Below, piece after piece: positions 11,811 to 24,522 of a DNA stretch of 64,000 nucleotides (positions within the stretch are counted from its first letter, which is position 1; the number at the start of each line of letters is the position of its first letter). Source of the DNA: Camelus dromedarius (lineage: Eukaryota); NCBI RefSeq assembly GCF_036321535.1, contig NC_087436.1, positions 105,898,001-105,962,000 on the forward strand, written 5' to 3'. The position numbers were made by a program, and so were the translations under genes. Under the pieces are notes generated by a model. That model saw nothing but the letters and a program-made list of their open reading frames with translations, was not told the origin of the DNA and did not search any database.

Positions 11811-13849
11811 ACCAAATGGAGGCTATTGGAAAATGAATCATGTTACAGTATTTTCTTTGTCCATTTGAAAACTTCAAAATAAGCCTTTTTAATGACCGTG
11901 TCAGTCAAGAGATCATGCTTATAATGATGATGACCTTCTTTAATCTTTAGTGTTTCAAGTTTCTTCAAGCTGCTAGAACAAAACGTGGGTCAGGTGATCC
12001 AAACAAAGAGTTCATGTCAAGAGTTTAACTCTGGTTATCAGGTGAGCGTTTCCCCCTCTCTTTCTAGGGCATATTATCTCTGCAAAACCTCCTGGCTGAT
12101 GTTCTGTTGAGATCTATGGAGAGAAAAGTCTTTCTTCTTCCACTCAAGGAACTGCTTAAACTTCACAACTAGGAACAAGTCTGGACTCTAAGCAGTATGT
12201 CTTGTCATTCCTGAGATAATTCCAAGGGAAGAGGAATGTTAACTATATCCTAAAGTGTCACTATTGCCAGTCTGGTCTGGACCGAGACATGGCAAGTCTT
12301 AGAGATATTTGGGAAAATAGAAACTCTTGTACAAAAGAATGACCACAATGAAGGTCATTCCCATTTCTCTCTGGCTCACCCCACTTCTTTTCCCTATTGA
12401 CCTCCTCACAGCTTTTTCAATAGTGCTTTTGGACCCTTGGTTTATTAACAATATAAAATCCCTTTCCCCAGCTCCTACATTTATTACAATTTGATTCCTC
12501 CCTAAGAAAATGCATTTCTGGGGGGACAGTGGCTGTTCATTTGTCCACACCCTTTAGGCCAGGAGGAGCTGTGGTCATGGTTGCTTCCAGAATATTATTT
12601 TGCCACTATCACACAAAACTGCATGGTCCCTGTGGCCCCAGGGGAAATTCCCATAGACGGCATCCTTCCCTGCTTCCTGGCTGCCTTATCATCTCCCCAC
12701 TTCCCCTTGTCCCCTGAGGGCTCGGACACTTGGATCTTGCCTCCTCTCTCCCCCAACCGCCACCACCAGGTTGATCTTCAGCGTCTGTGCCTGGAGGACG
12801 TACCCAGTGGCTTAGCCTCGAGTTGCAACACATCAGCTCACACTGAGCTTTGGCGGCCCGGTCACCTTGCCCACACCCTGGCCTTGTCCTTTGGAATGGC
12901 TCTGTTCCTGGTACCTTTGCCTCCAGTCTCATCATATGTGACCACAGCCTCATAGCCTTTCTGCTCCCTCACCTACTGATTTCCAAGCTCTCTGGTCCCT
13001 GTACAACTCTCTCTTTTCTCCAGCTCATTGACCATCCTTTCCCCCTCACTCTTTTTGGAGCCAGCCCAGAGCCCATGGTACATGTCTTTAACCACTCCCT
13101 TGCCAAAGCCTGCAAGCCCTTGCCCTTCTATATCTGTCCACAAAATCCCAGCCTTGGGTCAGTTCAGTCAGCTGCCTTTTGGCTTCTACATGCAAGCAGT
13201 TGCCTGCTGTTGGAAAAACCCATTCATGCTAAAGAATGCCTCTATGATTTTAATGTCCCCAACCTCAGTGCCATCCACCAAACTCTGTGTGGGTCATCAG
13301 GCTCACTCACTGTCCACATCTGCAACTCCAGATGCTGCCCACTGCCCTCATCAGCCCTGCCCACTGCTGGCTCCCTTCCCAGGTGATTCGTGGGATTCGT
13401 GGTCACCTGATGTGGATTGCCTCACTCTTTTTGGCTCCTATCTGGAAATCTCCATCATTCCACCTCCTGCTTTCCTGGCACCTGTGAGTATCGTCCCCTC
13501 CCCTCCTCTCCAGGACTTTGATCCATTGTTATGGCTTTGTGATGTCACACATTTAGGAACAAGTGTACGACTCCCATACTTAAAGTTTCCTCCATCAATC
13601 TTTCACTTCCTTTTAGAGGTTGCTTGTCTCCTTTTGTTGGATGGAAGGAAAGGCCCAGCTGAGGTGACTATACATTTCAGTGTCATAAATCCAGACTGTG
13701 AGGTTGGTTTCTCCCAGTGGCACTCAGATTCCTGGAGCAAAGAGGCAGTGTTCCAGGGCAGGTGACCTTTTCACCAAGCTCAGCAGTAGATATTCATTGT
13801 TTCCAAATCCTCCCCTCCCTCTTACTTTTTGATGATTTCTAATAAGGGT

Positions 13850-14325
13850 TCAACCATTACTTCCTTCTGGCAATGGCTCATGATTACCAAATGCTGGGAC
13901 TCTTAATAGTTCTTTTTTATTTTTTTCTAGACATTTCTGTGACTTTGTTGAGAAAGACCTCTGACTTCAGTGGCATCTTCCTGTGTTTCATCCCTTCTCC
14001 TCCTCTCCCTCATTGACCCTCTTGCTTAGCTTGACCTGAAGTGCAGTGTTCCTGAGATCCACACCTGGATCCCTTCTCCTTTCACTCTATTCCTGCTCTC
14101 CTGTGGCGGTCTACTCACTCATGGAGAACAGTCACATCCCTGCCTTTCAGGTTTGTGTTTCCAGGCAAGAGCTCCCTCCTGAGCTCCAGATCTGTTGAAC
14201 CAACTGGCTCTGGACAGTCCCATTGATATTTCAAGCACAATGCGTGGAGGACAGAATTCCTCATTCAGGTTGCGTTGCTCTTGAATTCCTTATCTGGGTG
14301 AAAGGGTACAATACTCATCCTGCCT
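13850..14325 (+). mobile_element. L2 LINE fragment (probably extends further left, resumes ~14880-15030)
   Basis: ctccctcctgagctccagatc...ccaactggctctggaca...tttcaagcacaatg resembles the L2 consensus. Confidence 0.65.
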
Positions 14326-14880
14326 GCAGTTAACTTCAGTTTACTTCTGCAGTATCAGAGTATACCAACCCCCCCCCCCAAAACCTTGTGTCCTAAAACC
14401 ACCACCATTTATATGTGTGTCATTTATAAAGGTCAAGAATGTGGGCTGAGATCAGCCGGGCGGTTCTTCTGCTGGATCCAGCTTGGTTCACTTGTGTCAG
14501 CAGGCAGCTGGTGCTTGAGAGCCTCACTCATACAGCTGACAGATGACTGGTTGTTGGCTGGGGGTCTGGGGTTCACTGAGCCATGTGCCCATGTGGCCAT
14601 CATCCAGCAGGATAGCCCGAGCTCATTCATGGAGCAGTGACCACAGGATTCCCAAGAAAAGCAAGCAAGACGAAGCTGCAAGTTTTCTTGAGGCCTAGGC
14701 TTAGAACTTGTAAAACATGTTTTTATTCTCTTGTTTGGAGCAAGTCACAAGGCCAGCCCAGATGCAGGGAGTGGAGACATGGATTCTACCTCTTGGTGGG
14801 AGGAGCAGCAAGGTCACACCACAGGACATGCCTGTGTGTGGGTGGGAGGGAATTCATGGCCACTCTTATAAATTACTACA
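14326..14880 (-). mobile_element. MaLR solo LTR (MLT1F/G/H-like)
   Basis: agcaagtcacaaggccagcccagat...ctacctcttggtgggaggagc are hallmark MLT1 motifs; ends in actaca. Confidence 0.8.
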
Positions 14881-15032
14881 CTTAAAACTCACATCAGCCA
14901 CAATCTCTTATTTTCCTTCTCCTTTCACTGTTAGTCAGTTGTCAAGTCAGGCAGATTATGCCTTCATGATAACTCTCTTATTTGTTCCTTTCCTTCAGCT
15001 GCTGGTCTACATAGTTAATAAGCTGAACCTCT

Positions 15033-15410
15033 GTGTTAGTTGGCCAGGGCCGCTGTAACAAAGTACCATGAACTTGGTGGCTGAAGCACTCACTTTCTCA
15101 CAGTTTTAGGAGCCCGAGATCAAATTGCCAGCAGGCTTGGCTCCTTCTGAGGGCCACGAGGGAAGGACCTGTTGCAGGCCTCTCTCGCAGGCTTCCATGT
15201 AGCTGTCTTCCCTCTATGTCTGTGTCCAAATTTTCCTCCTCTTATAAGGACATCAGTCATATTGGATTAGGGCCCATCCTAAGGGCCTCATTTTAATTTA
15301 ATCATATCCGTAAGACCCTATCTTCAGATAGAGTCACATTTAGAGTTTCTAAGGGTTAGGATTTCATCATGAATTTTTTTGGGGGGAAGCACACAATTCA
15401 AGCTGTAACA
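15033..15410 (-). mobile_element. MaLR solo LTR (MLT1B/C-like)
   Basis: gctgtaacaaagtacca...tcttataaggacatcagtcatattggattagggccc...acacaattcaagctgtaaca. Confidence 0.85.
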
Positions 15411-15975
15411 ATGTCCCTCCACCACCCTTCACCTCATTCTCAAATGGCGTTATTACAGCAGTAGGACTGAAATCTCAGACCCTTTGTTAGGGTTGTTAAT
15501 GCCAAATGATATATTTTTTGACATTTTTTAATGTCTTTTTTACTAGACTGTAAGCTCAGTGAGGGTAGCTCACTTCGTGTGTCCAACACGTAGAATAGTA
15601 GACCCTTAAGCATCAGTGGTTAATTTGAATGAATGCCTGCCAGCTTATAAAAAAAATAAGTAAAGTTATCTTTTTCCTGGAGGCCCCAGGGAAATGGTCC
15701 TCCAGAAACAGTGATCTCAAGATTTATAATTTAGAAAAGGGTGGTGAATTTTGCAGCCAAGTGCCTTTTGGCTGACCTTGAACAAGGAAGTGAGACAATT
15801 CTAGCCTTCACCCAAAGTCATGTTGTAACTAGTGCGGAATGGTTGAAGGATGTGGTTGAAGGAATAGAACTTGTCAGAGTCACATGCACAATTAGAACAT
15901 GTTTTGTTAACTAAAGAAAGAAAAGTGGAGACTGTGTTGCAAATGACAGCAATGGTAGACTTCTCTGAACCAGTC

Positions 15976-16026
15976 TATATTAGGGTTTTCCACAGAAACA
16001 GAACAGACCAACAGGGTGTGTGTGTT

Positions 16027-16077
<51 letters not shown>

Positions 16078-16437
16078 AGTAGCAGAGAGAGAGAGGGAGA
16101 GAACGTATTTTAAGTAAGTGGTTCATGTACGTGTAGAGTCCTGGTAAGCCCAAACTCTGCAGAGCAGGTCAGCAGGCTGGAGACCCAGTGAAGAGTTGCC
16201 ATTGGAATCCTAAGGCCATCTGATGGCAGAATTCTTGCCTAAGGAGGTCAGTCTTTGTCTATTAAGGCCTTCAACTGATTGGATGAGACCCACTCACACT
16301 ATGGAAGGCAATCTGTTTCACTCACAGTCACCAATATACATGTTAATCTCATCCAAAAAAGCCCTTCACAGAAACATCCAGACTAATATCTGGGTACCGT
16401 GGCCCAGCTAAGTTAACAAATAAAACTAACCATCACA
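15976..16437 (-). mobile_element. ERVL solo LTR (MLT2-like) containing (TG)n at 16031-16075
   Basis: attagggttttccacagaaacagaac...ggccttcaactgattggatgag...aactaaccatcaca; 5-bp flanks cagtc/cagtt fit a TSD. Confidence 0.85.
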
Positions 16438-17524
16438 CAGTTCAACCCTCTTGGTCCCACGAGGCACTTTGTGGTATAGAATGTTAATGACTGAAATGCA
16501 GGCAGAAGGACTGGACTGAAAATAAATAAGTAACTGACCTACGTACATATGTAGAAGAGACTCATTGAAAATGCCATTAGGGTCTTGCCTGATTTAGATG
16601 TTGGCCAGCATTTAAAAAAGATGTTCTGTAGTCTAAAAAGGAATAGTCATATGATTTTCTGTAGCTAGTGTAGAAGAATATGATGAGCCGTGAGCATTTA
16701 AGAAAACTTTAAACATTCTTATTTTATAGTGAACTTAATTCTAGTCAATAAGTACATGAGAAATATAGATACTGTATTCATTTTTGTGCAAACATGAAAT
16801 CAAAGTTTATGGTATGTAGTGGGAAGGAGTATTATAGATTAAACGAAGTCATGAAAATCAAAGAATTATTTGATTAGGAACCCAAGCGGAAGTGCTGATT
16901 ATTATAGCTCAGTTATCATCCTTTACTATTACTCTTAGATCTATTTGTGATTCTAATCAAATTCCCTGTAGTTTCTGATCTTTGAGCAGACCCAGAAGAG
17001 TTATGGAAAGAAATAACTGTTTTCTTGGACAGATTTTGGATTGTGAGAAAGTCTCTTATAACAGAAGAGGCCTTTGTGAGTGGTCATTTGAGAGGCAGTA
17101 ACAGGCATGGAACTGTGTTTCCATTAAGTCTTAAAAACATTTACAAGGGTGAGGAATTTGGAACAAGCTTTTTTTTTTTTTTTTTATTCAGATGGCCAAA
17201 TATTCAGAGGATGAAATACTGTCTTCAAAGATGTCTGTAGGCATCTGGCCCAGACTTAATATGCAGTGTTTATGAAATCAAGGGAAGCGAGAAAGGTTAC
17301 TTGTAATGATGAATTCAACACAGTAGTTATTAATTCTGTCATCATTTTTTACTAGTGGGTATAATTCAGGCTTCAGATTTCTCCATTTTTACTGGGAAGG
17401 CAAGAATGTCTGCAACATTTATATATTCTCAGGCCGATTTGTATAAGAAGTCTATGCTGCTTCAAAGTTTTGGGCTCTGCAAATTGAAATCTATCCAGAT
17501 AGATGTTCTAGAAAGAAATCCAAG

Positions 17525-17715
17525 TATAGTGTGATGGGGAAGCTTTGGGATTTTACAGCCAGCTCTACAAGCTACTTTCAGTTTTCTGATCTGTAAAATG
17601 GACGTTGTAACATCTATCTACCTTCTGCGGTTATTCTAAGAGTTAAATGAGATAGTAAAAGTGAAAAGCTTAGAACGGTACTTGGCATGTGGGAAGCAAA
17701 CAGAAACTTCAGTGA
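17525..17715 (+). mobile_element. MIR SINE
   Basis: tcagttttctgatctgtaaaatgga...ttaaatgagat...gcttagaacggtacttggcat. Confidence 0.8.
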
Positions 17716-17863
17716 TGATGTTTTAGTATAACAGAGGGATAGAGAGATGGGTGCGGCATGTGTGAACAGATGCTAACCAGGTTTGTAAGAGACAGTTTCC
17801 GGGAAACCATCTTATTCATTTGACCCCGTTTTCTCTGTCCGCTTCTGTATTTTTTTCCCGCAG

Positions 17864-17871
17864 AACATGAG
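17864..17871 (+). other. Candidate 8-nt microexon (AACATGAG) or 3' end of an alternative first exon
   Basis: Branch-like TTTGAC 17819-17824, AG-free pyrimidine-rich tract, CCCGCAG acceptor and GAG|GTGAGT donor; no transcript evidence. Confidence 0.35.
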
Positions 17872-18369
17872 GTGAGTTTCAGTAAAAATCTTTTCTAGGA
17901 ACAAACACATTTATTCTTTCATTGAGAAGCCTTATGCACTAATACATACTAGTCAGGTTATTTCTAGAAGTTCTGTTGTCTGCTTCAGAATTTAATATTG
18001 TGTTTTCTGGTTTGCAAACAAAATGGAAAAAATTGCCCATTTATTTGCAGAGAATAAAAACATGTAATACCAAAGAAAATTAGAAGGTAAAACTGCAGAA
18101 TAACATGATTCTTCAGAAAATACAATCCAATTATAGGAGACAGGTAATATCCAGCTCTTTTTTGGTTGACCTATAATAAATGCAGATTGTGCAGGTATTT
18201 AACATAGAGTGGTATTTCGAAACCAAATGGTGACTATTATTTCCATTATCAGTGGAAAAAGTAATAAAGGTAGAAATTAGTATTTGGGGCTTATAAATGA
18301 GAAACAAATCTTTTGAGCAAAACTACCTGAAAAACTGTATCTCTTTCAATCTCGAGTTAGAGGATCGTT

Positions 18370-19150
18370 CTTTCCACAAATAGTTTTGGAGGCTTGATCA
18401 TGTTCCAGACGCTGCTTTAGAGCCTGAATAGGTAGCTGTGAGCAAGGAAAAACGGCCCGGGCCCTTTGGTGGCATTTGTCATCTTGCAGGTGGAGACGGA
18501 ATAAAAACAATGAAATCAGATACAGGCACAAGATAATTTCTGAAAGCGATAAGGATTATGAAGATGATGAAAAGGGCAATGTGATGGGATGGACAGGGGC
18601 GGGGTGGGGTGTGTGAAAGATGGGGCAGTGTTCAGCCTAGGGGTGGTCAAAGGAAGACCCCCGTGCAGGCCTCGTGGGACTCTGTGGCTGGACGGAAGTG
18701 GAAAGTGCTTCCCATGTGGCTGGAGCTGGGTGGGTGAGGGGTGTGGTCAGAGTCGAGGATAGAGGTATTGGAGCCCTGATCCCACTGGGCTGCAGGTGGA
18801 ATGTGTGAGGTTTAGAATTCAGCCCCAGTGATATGAGAATTCACTGAAAACTTTTAAGCAGGGGAGGGACATGGCCTGATTTATGTTTGCAAAAGGTCAC
18901 TCTGGCTGCTTCGAGGAGGAGGAGGAGGAAGGGCTCTGGCAGAGGCCAGAGTGAATCAGGGGCAGGAGTGAACAGTTGGGGGCTCTTGTGTGAAAAAGAT
19001 GGGAGAGAGGGTGGAGGCAGGGACAAAAGATGGAGAGTTGTGACCTTAAACAGAGAAGAGTTTTGGCAGCTGCCTCTGTTTGCCTGTGTTGTGAGGACAT
19101 CCAAGTGTCTGGTGAATAGTGCAGATGACCAACCTGAAGTGTGCTCCTCA
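18370..19150 (-). mobile_element. L2 LINE fragment
   Basis: ttttaagcagggga...gatttatgtttgcaaaaggtcactctggctgct is a classic reverse L2 segment. Confidence 0.75.
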
Positions 19151-20275
19151 CACGTTAAAGGGCGGATAAAGGTTAAGTTACATATTCAGGGCAGATGCCC
19201 ATGGATGTCTGTGATTGGTTGGATTCCAGTGGTAGTGAGAAGGATGCAACTCCAGTGGACACACTCTGCATCCGTGAGAACCCTTTAGTGTGTTTAGAAA
19301 CAAGTGTTTTTAATGTTTAAATGAGCCGACCTCTGTTTTGTTGGTTACTGTGATGAACAATTGCCCAGTTTGAAAAAGGGCTTGGTGCTGGAGATTTTAG
19401 AAGTTGCTGGTCATTGCCTCAGATGTTCTGTGGGAAAAGATGTCTCCTGGGGCTGCTTCATGCCAGTGTTTCCTCCTTTTGTTTGCCAGGAAGAAAACCT
19501 ACTCAGAAAACACACACACACACATGTGCGCGTGTGGGGTGAGGATCCAGACCTATCATGGGACTCAAGAAAGTGAAGCAGGACTGGGCTCTGCAGAGAT
19601 GAGACAAGGGCTCCGTGCCCACTGTCTGAGGAGCCTCTTTCTCCCATGACTTACGCGGCCTAAGATTCAGCCTAAATGGCTGCCGGTCCTGATTCCACAT
19701 CCTCCCTGCTCAGCCCCAGTGCCCCATCCCAACCGATGTTCCTTCTCTACCTTTGTTCGGTTTCCCAGGGGGGAGTTCTGTTTGACTCAGCCCCAGGGGT
19801 CACCTGCTTGGTCCTGGTTTGTGGTGGTGGTTGAGGGTGGGGCATGGTTAATGTGGCCCCTCATCCATCTATTCAGCGGTGCTGGGCTGGACTATGACGG
19901 ATGGGACCATTGTAGTTCTTTTGTGCCAAAGAGCCATCTTTGATTTCTCCACACCTTGGACCACCTGGCAGTGGAGGGAGGAGAGTGTTTCTGGTCATGT
20001 CGTGGAGAGGGTGAGAGGGCACTGGTGGGGCCAGGACAGCTGGCTGCCTGTGGAGAGTTCAGGATTGTCTCCGAGGGGGATTGGAGGAATGCCGTGGTGG
20101 GGTAGCAGCAGCTGGAGAAGAGATGCTGCCTGTGGCTGATGGACGGCCCTGCAGTAGAAGGAGGTGTCTTACGTGCACTGGTCAGATTTTCACTTGTAGA
20201 ATAAAGCTCTCTAGTCAGTTTAACGTCTCCCATCTGTTTTAATGAGTTTGGACTCCTCTAATGAAGAAGGATACA

Positions 20276-20574
20276 CTGGGTGACTTATAAACAATAGAAA
20301 TTCATTTCTTACAGTTCTGGAGGCTGGAGATCCCAGATCAGGGTGCCGGCAGGGCTGGGTTCTGGTGAGAGCTCTCTTCTGGGTTGCATCCTCACATGCC
20401 TGAAAGACAGACCTCTGGTCTCTTCCTCTAGTTGTAAGGGCACTAATGCCATCATGGGGGCTTCACCTTCAAGACTTAATACCTCCCCAAGGCCCCACCT
20501 CCTAGTACTGTCATGCTGAGAATTATATTTCAGCATATGAATTTTGAGGAGAAACAAATATTCAGTCCATCACA
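20276..20574 (-). mobile_element. MaLR solo LTR (MLT1A-like)
   Basis: atttcttacagttctggaggctggag...aagggcactaatgccatcatg...ggccccacctcc...attcagtccatcaca. Confidence 0.85.
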
Positions 20575-20694
20575 CCCTCTTATCTATTCTGAGAGTTTTC
20601 ACCTTCCATTCTGGCCATATGGCCCTCTCCTTAGCACCCCTTTGTGTGGTTATCATGCAAAAAGTGTCTTTGTCTCTTCCTTCTTCTTGAGGGA

Positions 20695-20943
20695 ATTAAA
20701 ATATATAAGGGACTCCTACAACTCAGTAGCAAAAACTAATAACCAGATTTTAATGGGCTAGAGACGTGAATAGACATTTCCCCAAAGAAGACATACAAAT
20801 GGCCAACAGGTCTGTCGGTGGCCCAGCGTCAGTAATCTCAGGGAAAGGCAAATCAAAACTACAGTTAGGTGTTATAACACACCTTGTAGGAGGACTGTTA
20901 TAAAAAAAGAAGGTTAAGTGTTGAGGAGGATGTGGAGGGAAAT
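20695..20943 (+). mobile_element. L1 ORF2 3'-region fragment (degenerate)
   Basis: gaatagacatttccccaaagaagacatacaaatggccaacagg...gcaaatcaaaactaca is the conserved L1 ORF2 C-terminal region. Confidence 0.85.
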
Positions 20944-21045
20944 TCAGCTGCTCTCTTTCTTGTCCTGGCTTTGGCGTATGCCAGGTTCCAGAAATGGATG
21001 CTGTTGGGTGATTGAAAATGTGTGGAGCAAAAACTGCTTGACCCC

Positions 21046-21393
21046 TGCCTTAGTCCACTCCGATTGCTATAATAAAAATACCGCAGACTGGATAATGTAA
21101 ACAACAAGCATTTATTTCTCACAGTTCTGGAGGCTGGAAGTCAAAGGTCAAGGTGCCGGCGGGTGGGTGCCTGGTGAGGATCCGATTCCTGGTTCATAGA
21201 TGGCCATCCTCTCAACCTGTCCTCACCAGATAAAAAAACGAGGGATCCCTTTTATAAAGGCACTAGTCCTATTCATGAGGGCTCCATCCTTGTGACCTAA
21301 TCATCTTCCAAAGACCCCACCTCCAAATACCATCACATTGGGGGGTAGGATTTCAACAGATGAATTTTGGGGAGACACATTCAGATCCTAACA
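21046..21393 (-). mobile_element. MaLR solo LTR (MLT1A0-like)
   Basis: tttatttctcacagttctggaggctggaagtc...catgagggctcc...ccaaagaccccacctccaaataccatcacattggggg. Confidence 0.88.
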
Positions 21394-21965
21394 GTCTAGA
21401 CTGAATCATTTCAATGATACTGAACGAATATCTTTTAGCCAGCCATGTTCTCCAGATTATCAGAATGTATTTGGCGAAGGTGTGCAATCTTTTCCTGCCC
21501 AGTAAACCCAGAAGTGCATAATGGTGGAATTTTCTGGTAGTTTCATGTCCCTTTTACTCACCTAAATTTGAGGACTTTAGAAGAGCCACAAATATGCTTT
21601 TACATTGAAATGCTTTAAGTTCAAGGCTTAACAAACACTGACACATTTCTTAAGAGGTTTAGAAGAATTGAATCTGATGGAGATGCAAATTGTTATTATT
21701 TTATAATAATAAATTATGTTTTATTAAATATATTTAATATTTATTTATTAAATAGTTATTTTAAAATGCTGGTATTCTGAGCAGAGCCCCACTAAAACAC
21801 AGTAATCCATTACTGACCATCTGGTTTGTCATCATAGACAAAAAGGAAGTGTGAAGGTACTGATTTTAGATCAGCCCAGGCCTACTGACACATGATTTAG
21901 GAAACATTTACATAAAAGACCAGTCAGAGAGAGGAGGTTATATGAATCCTCAGATCGCAGAGACA

Positions 21966-22129
21966 GGGGGAGGTATAGCTTGGTGATAGAGTGCATGCTT
22001 AGCATGCACAAGGTCCTGGATTCAATCTCCAGTACCTCCACTGAAAAAAAAAAAAACTATGAAAGAAATAAATAAACCTAATTACCCCCCACTCCGGCCA
22101 AAAAAAAAAAAAAACCACCAAAAAACAAG
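21966..22129 (+). mobile_element. tRNA(Ala)-derived camelid-type SINE
   Basis: GGGGGAGGTATAGCT head, tgcttagcatgca anticodon-arm-like segment, B-box-like GGATTCAATC, then aaataaaacctaattacccc and an A tail; gagaca on both flanks. Confidence 0.88.
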
Positions 22130-22541
22130 GAGACACTCAGTCTTGAGATTTTACTTAATGTTTATACCTGTGAATGCCACTGACTGCACAGGTATTGGGC
22201 CAAGAAGATGGGGCGGGGGAATGTCCTAACACTTATGGGTGTTTTGTGAAGAGCTGGTCATTTGGTCACGGGGGTGTTTTCTGGAGGGATTATCAGTGGA
22301 AGACCTGCAGAGCTGACTCCTTCTCTCACACGCCTTGGAACAGCCCTTCAGGACCTGGTTGGGTCACCTGAGCTTTTGGGTTCCAGCTCTTCCTACCTCT
22401 CTGCCCCCTCCCCCAGTGCCAGAGCTATTTCCTAGTGTTCCAGTGCTATGTGAGCTCTCATTTCACTAAGCCTTTGCTCTCACTAGTCCCTAACCCAGTC
22501 CTTCTTTCCAACTCTTATGGTTCTGTAATTTTTAGCGTATT

Positions 22542-22563
22542 AAAAAAAAAAAAAAAAAAAAAG
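22542..22563 (+). repeat. poly(A) run
   Basis: Run of about 22 A read directly. Confidence 0.9.
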
Positions 22564-23437
22564 ACGTACACTCCGAGGACTAAAATAGTGACCTTAAAAC
22601 TGAAGGAAGAGAGGCAAGAAATGTATGTGATAATGAACATTATTTGACCAACCAGACAAATATATAATTTGTGCAGGTTAAAAAAGCATATTAATAACTT
22701 CATGAGGTTAACCAATTTAGGACTCAATTAGAAATGTGATCCCAGGAACTACATACAAATTGTTATAATTATGGTGACAGGAAATGGCACTCTTAGGAAA
22801 TGGTAGGAGGCAGAAATTTAAAGGGGGAATATATTATTTAAAAGTCAGGCAGCTTGTCTTTGCAGCCCTGAGTTGAATTGGGAAAATTAAAGATCTCAGA
22901 TCATAAAACTACCAGCAGAATGAAGTACTAAGCTAATCCACTCAGCAGAAAGCAGTTCACCACCATAATTGGAAATACAGGCTTGTGGTGACTTAATAGA
23001 AGCGAACGTTTAATCATGTCAGGGCCACTGTGTGCCATAGATTTAACATACCATCCCTAACATATTTTGCAACTTGGACAATTAATTTCACACCTGTACT
23101 GTCCCACATCCAGCTTTATAAAACATGTCCTCCCCATAAAAATAAATGTATGTGGCAAATAGCCCTCTCCCTTGTTTGCCAAAAAAACAGATTATTATCA
23201 GGAAGGCCGAATTATCACCTGCTGTCAACAAATGGATTACCCAAGTTAAGGTCATTATCTTCCATATTAAAGCTGTTATGTGTGAACATAGGAACAAAAC
23301 GGATGATCTTGAATTTGTCAGGGGTTTCTATTAGACCTTTTTGAACTTCATCTTGCGGGCTCCTAAGATAATGAAACTATCTGTGCATTTCCACATTTTT
23401 TTCCTACCTTTTTTTTTAAAAAATAAACTGCCTCTTT

Positions 23438-23579
23438 TTTTTTTTTTTTTTTTGTATTGAAGTATAGTCAGTTACAATGTGTCAGTTTCTGGTGTACAGC
23501 ATAATGTCCCAGTCATGCATATACGTACATATATTTGTTTTCATATTCTTTTTCATTAAAGGTTATTACAAGATATTAG
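23438..23579 (-). mobile_element. Young 5'-truncated L1 3' end with poly(A) and perfect 13-bp TSD
   Basis: aaactgcctcttt at 23425-23437 and 23580-23592; poly(T) followed by gtattgaagtatagtcagttacaatgtgtcagtttctggtgtacagc. Confidence 0.88.
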
Positions 23580-24165
23580 AAACTGCCTCTTTAAAATGAA
23601 TTTTTTCCTTAGCTGCTAAAGGTTTGAGATGAACTCAGCCTCCCATGAACCTTTTCATGTTGTCGTCTACTGACATTTTTCTTTCTGGGTTTTTAGAAAT
23701 ATAATACACAATGAAAATTCATTTAGAGGTGAAACAGCAAGAGGCAGAGATAACAAGAATATGTATTAAGTCTCCTCCTCTACTTTGATTTTTCCCTTAT
23801 TGTTTATGTAATTTATGTTTCGACTTTTTTTTTTCACCTCTCATGTCTGTTTTTGTTAACTTTGACTTCCACGATTCTGTTTTATTTAATTAAACTTTTT
23901 GAAGATTTTTCTCCCACTCCATTTAAATGAAACATGACTGAGGAGAGAGGGCATATAAACATCTTTGCATAACTGATACGTTGAAAAATGCATGACCGCG
24001 TAAATGTCACAACTCCGCCAAGCATTTCTTTTTCATTCTAGCACTACTGAATTTTAAGGACAGGCTGAATTTTGCATTTGGAGCTTTGCTAATACCAGGT
24101 AGCACCACACTCCTGGGCTAAGGCTGTCTCCATGATGAGCATGCTGTTGGGATCTCTTGAGTCTG

Positions 24166-24263
24166 TCTTTTCTCCTCTCCTCTTCCTTCCTTCCCTCCTC
24201 CCTCTCTCCCTCCCTCCCTCCCACTCACCCTCCCTCCCTCCTTCTTTCCTCCTTCTTTTCTTT
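24166..24263. repeat. Polypyrimidine (CT/CCCT-rich) low-complexity tract
   Basis: About 98 bp containing only two purines. Confidence 0.9.
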
Positions 24264-24486
24264 GGCAAAGAGCCAGAGTGTGGGCATGACAGATGTGAAG
24301 CCAGCCTTGGGCTGAGGCAGCAAAGTCCGCATTCGGGGTGGCTGTCCCTCCTCCCCTTCCCTGTGCCTCGGGGCCCTTGCCTGAGTGTGGCTCTGGTCCT
24401 GCCAGGTCCAGCAAGCCTGGGAATTAATTTTGTTCTGGGTGGTGCGGCTCTTCCCTGACTGGACTGCTTATTTCCTTGCTCTGCAG

Positions 24487-24522
24487 CCGTCAGGCCGCCG
24501 TAGCTTAGACTCCAAGAATGAG
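24487..24522 (+). other. Candidate 36-nt exon ending ATGAG|gtaagg
   Basis: Branch CCCTGAC 24453-24459, AG-free gap, tttccttgctctgcag acceptor and GAG|GTAAGG donor; no transcript evidence. Confidence 0.35.

Noticed and set aside
12529..13765. Cluster of ORFs up to 245 aa
   Set aside because: Several overlapping frames in CT-rich, probably L2-derived sequence, with no recognisable protein and no exon structure.
21966..22040. tRNA-Ala-like sequences here and at the five other SINE heads
   Set aside because: They are diverged and carry SINE tails or TSDs, so they are retroposons rather than tRNA genes.
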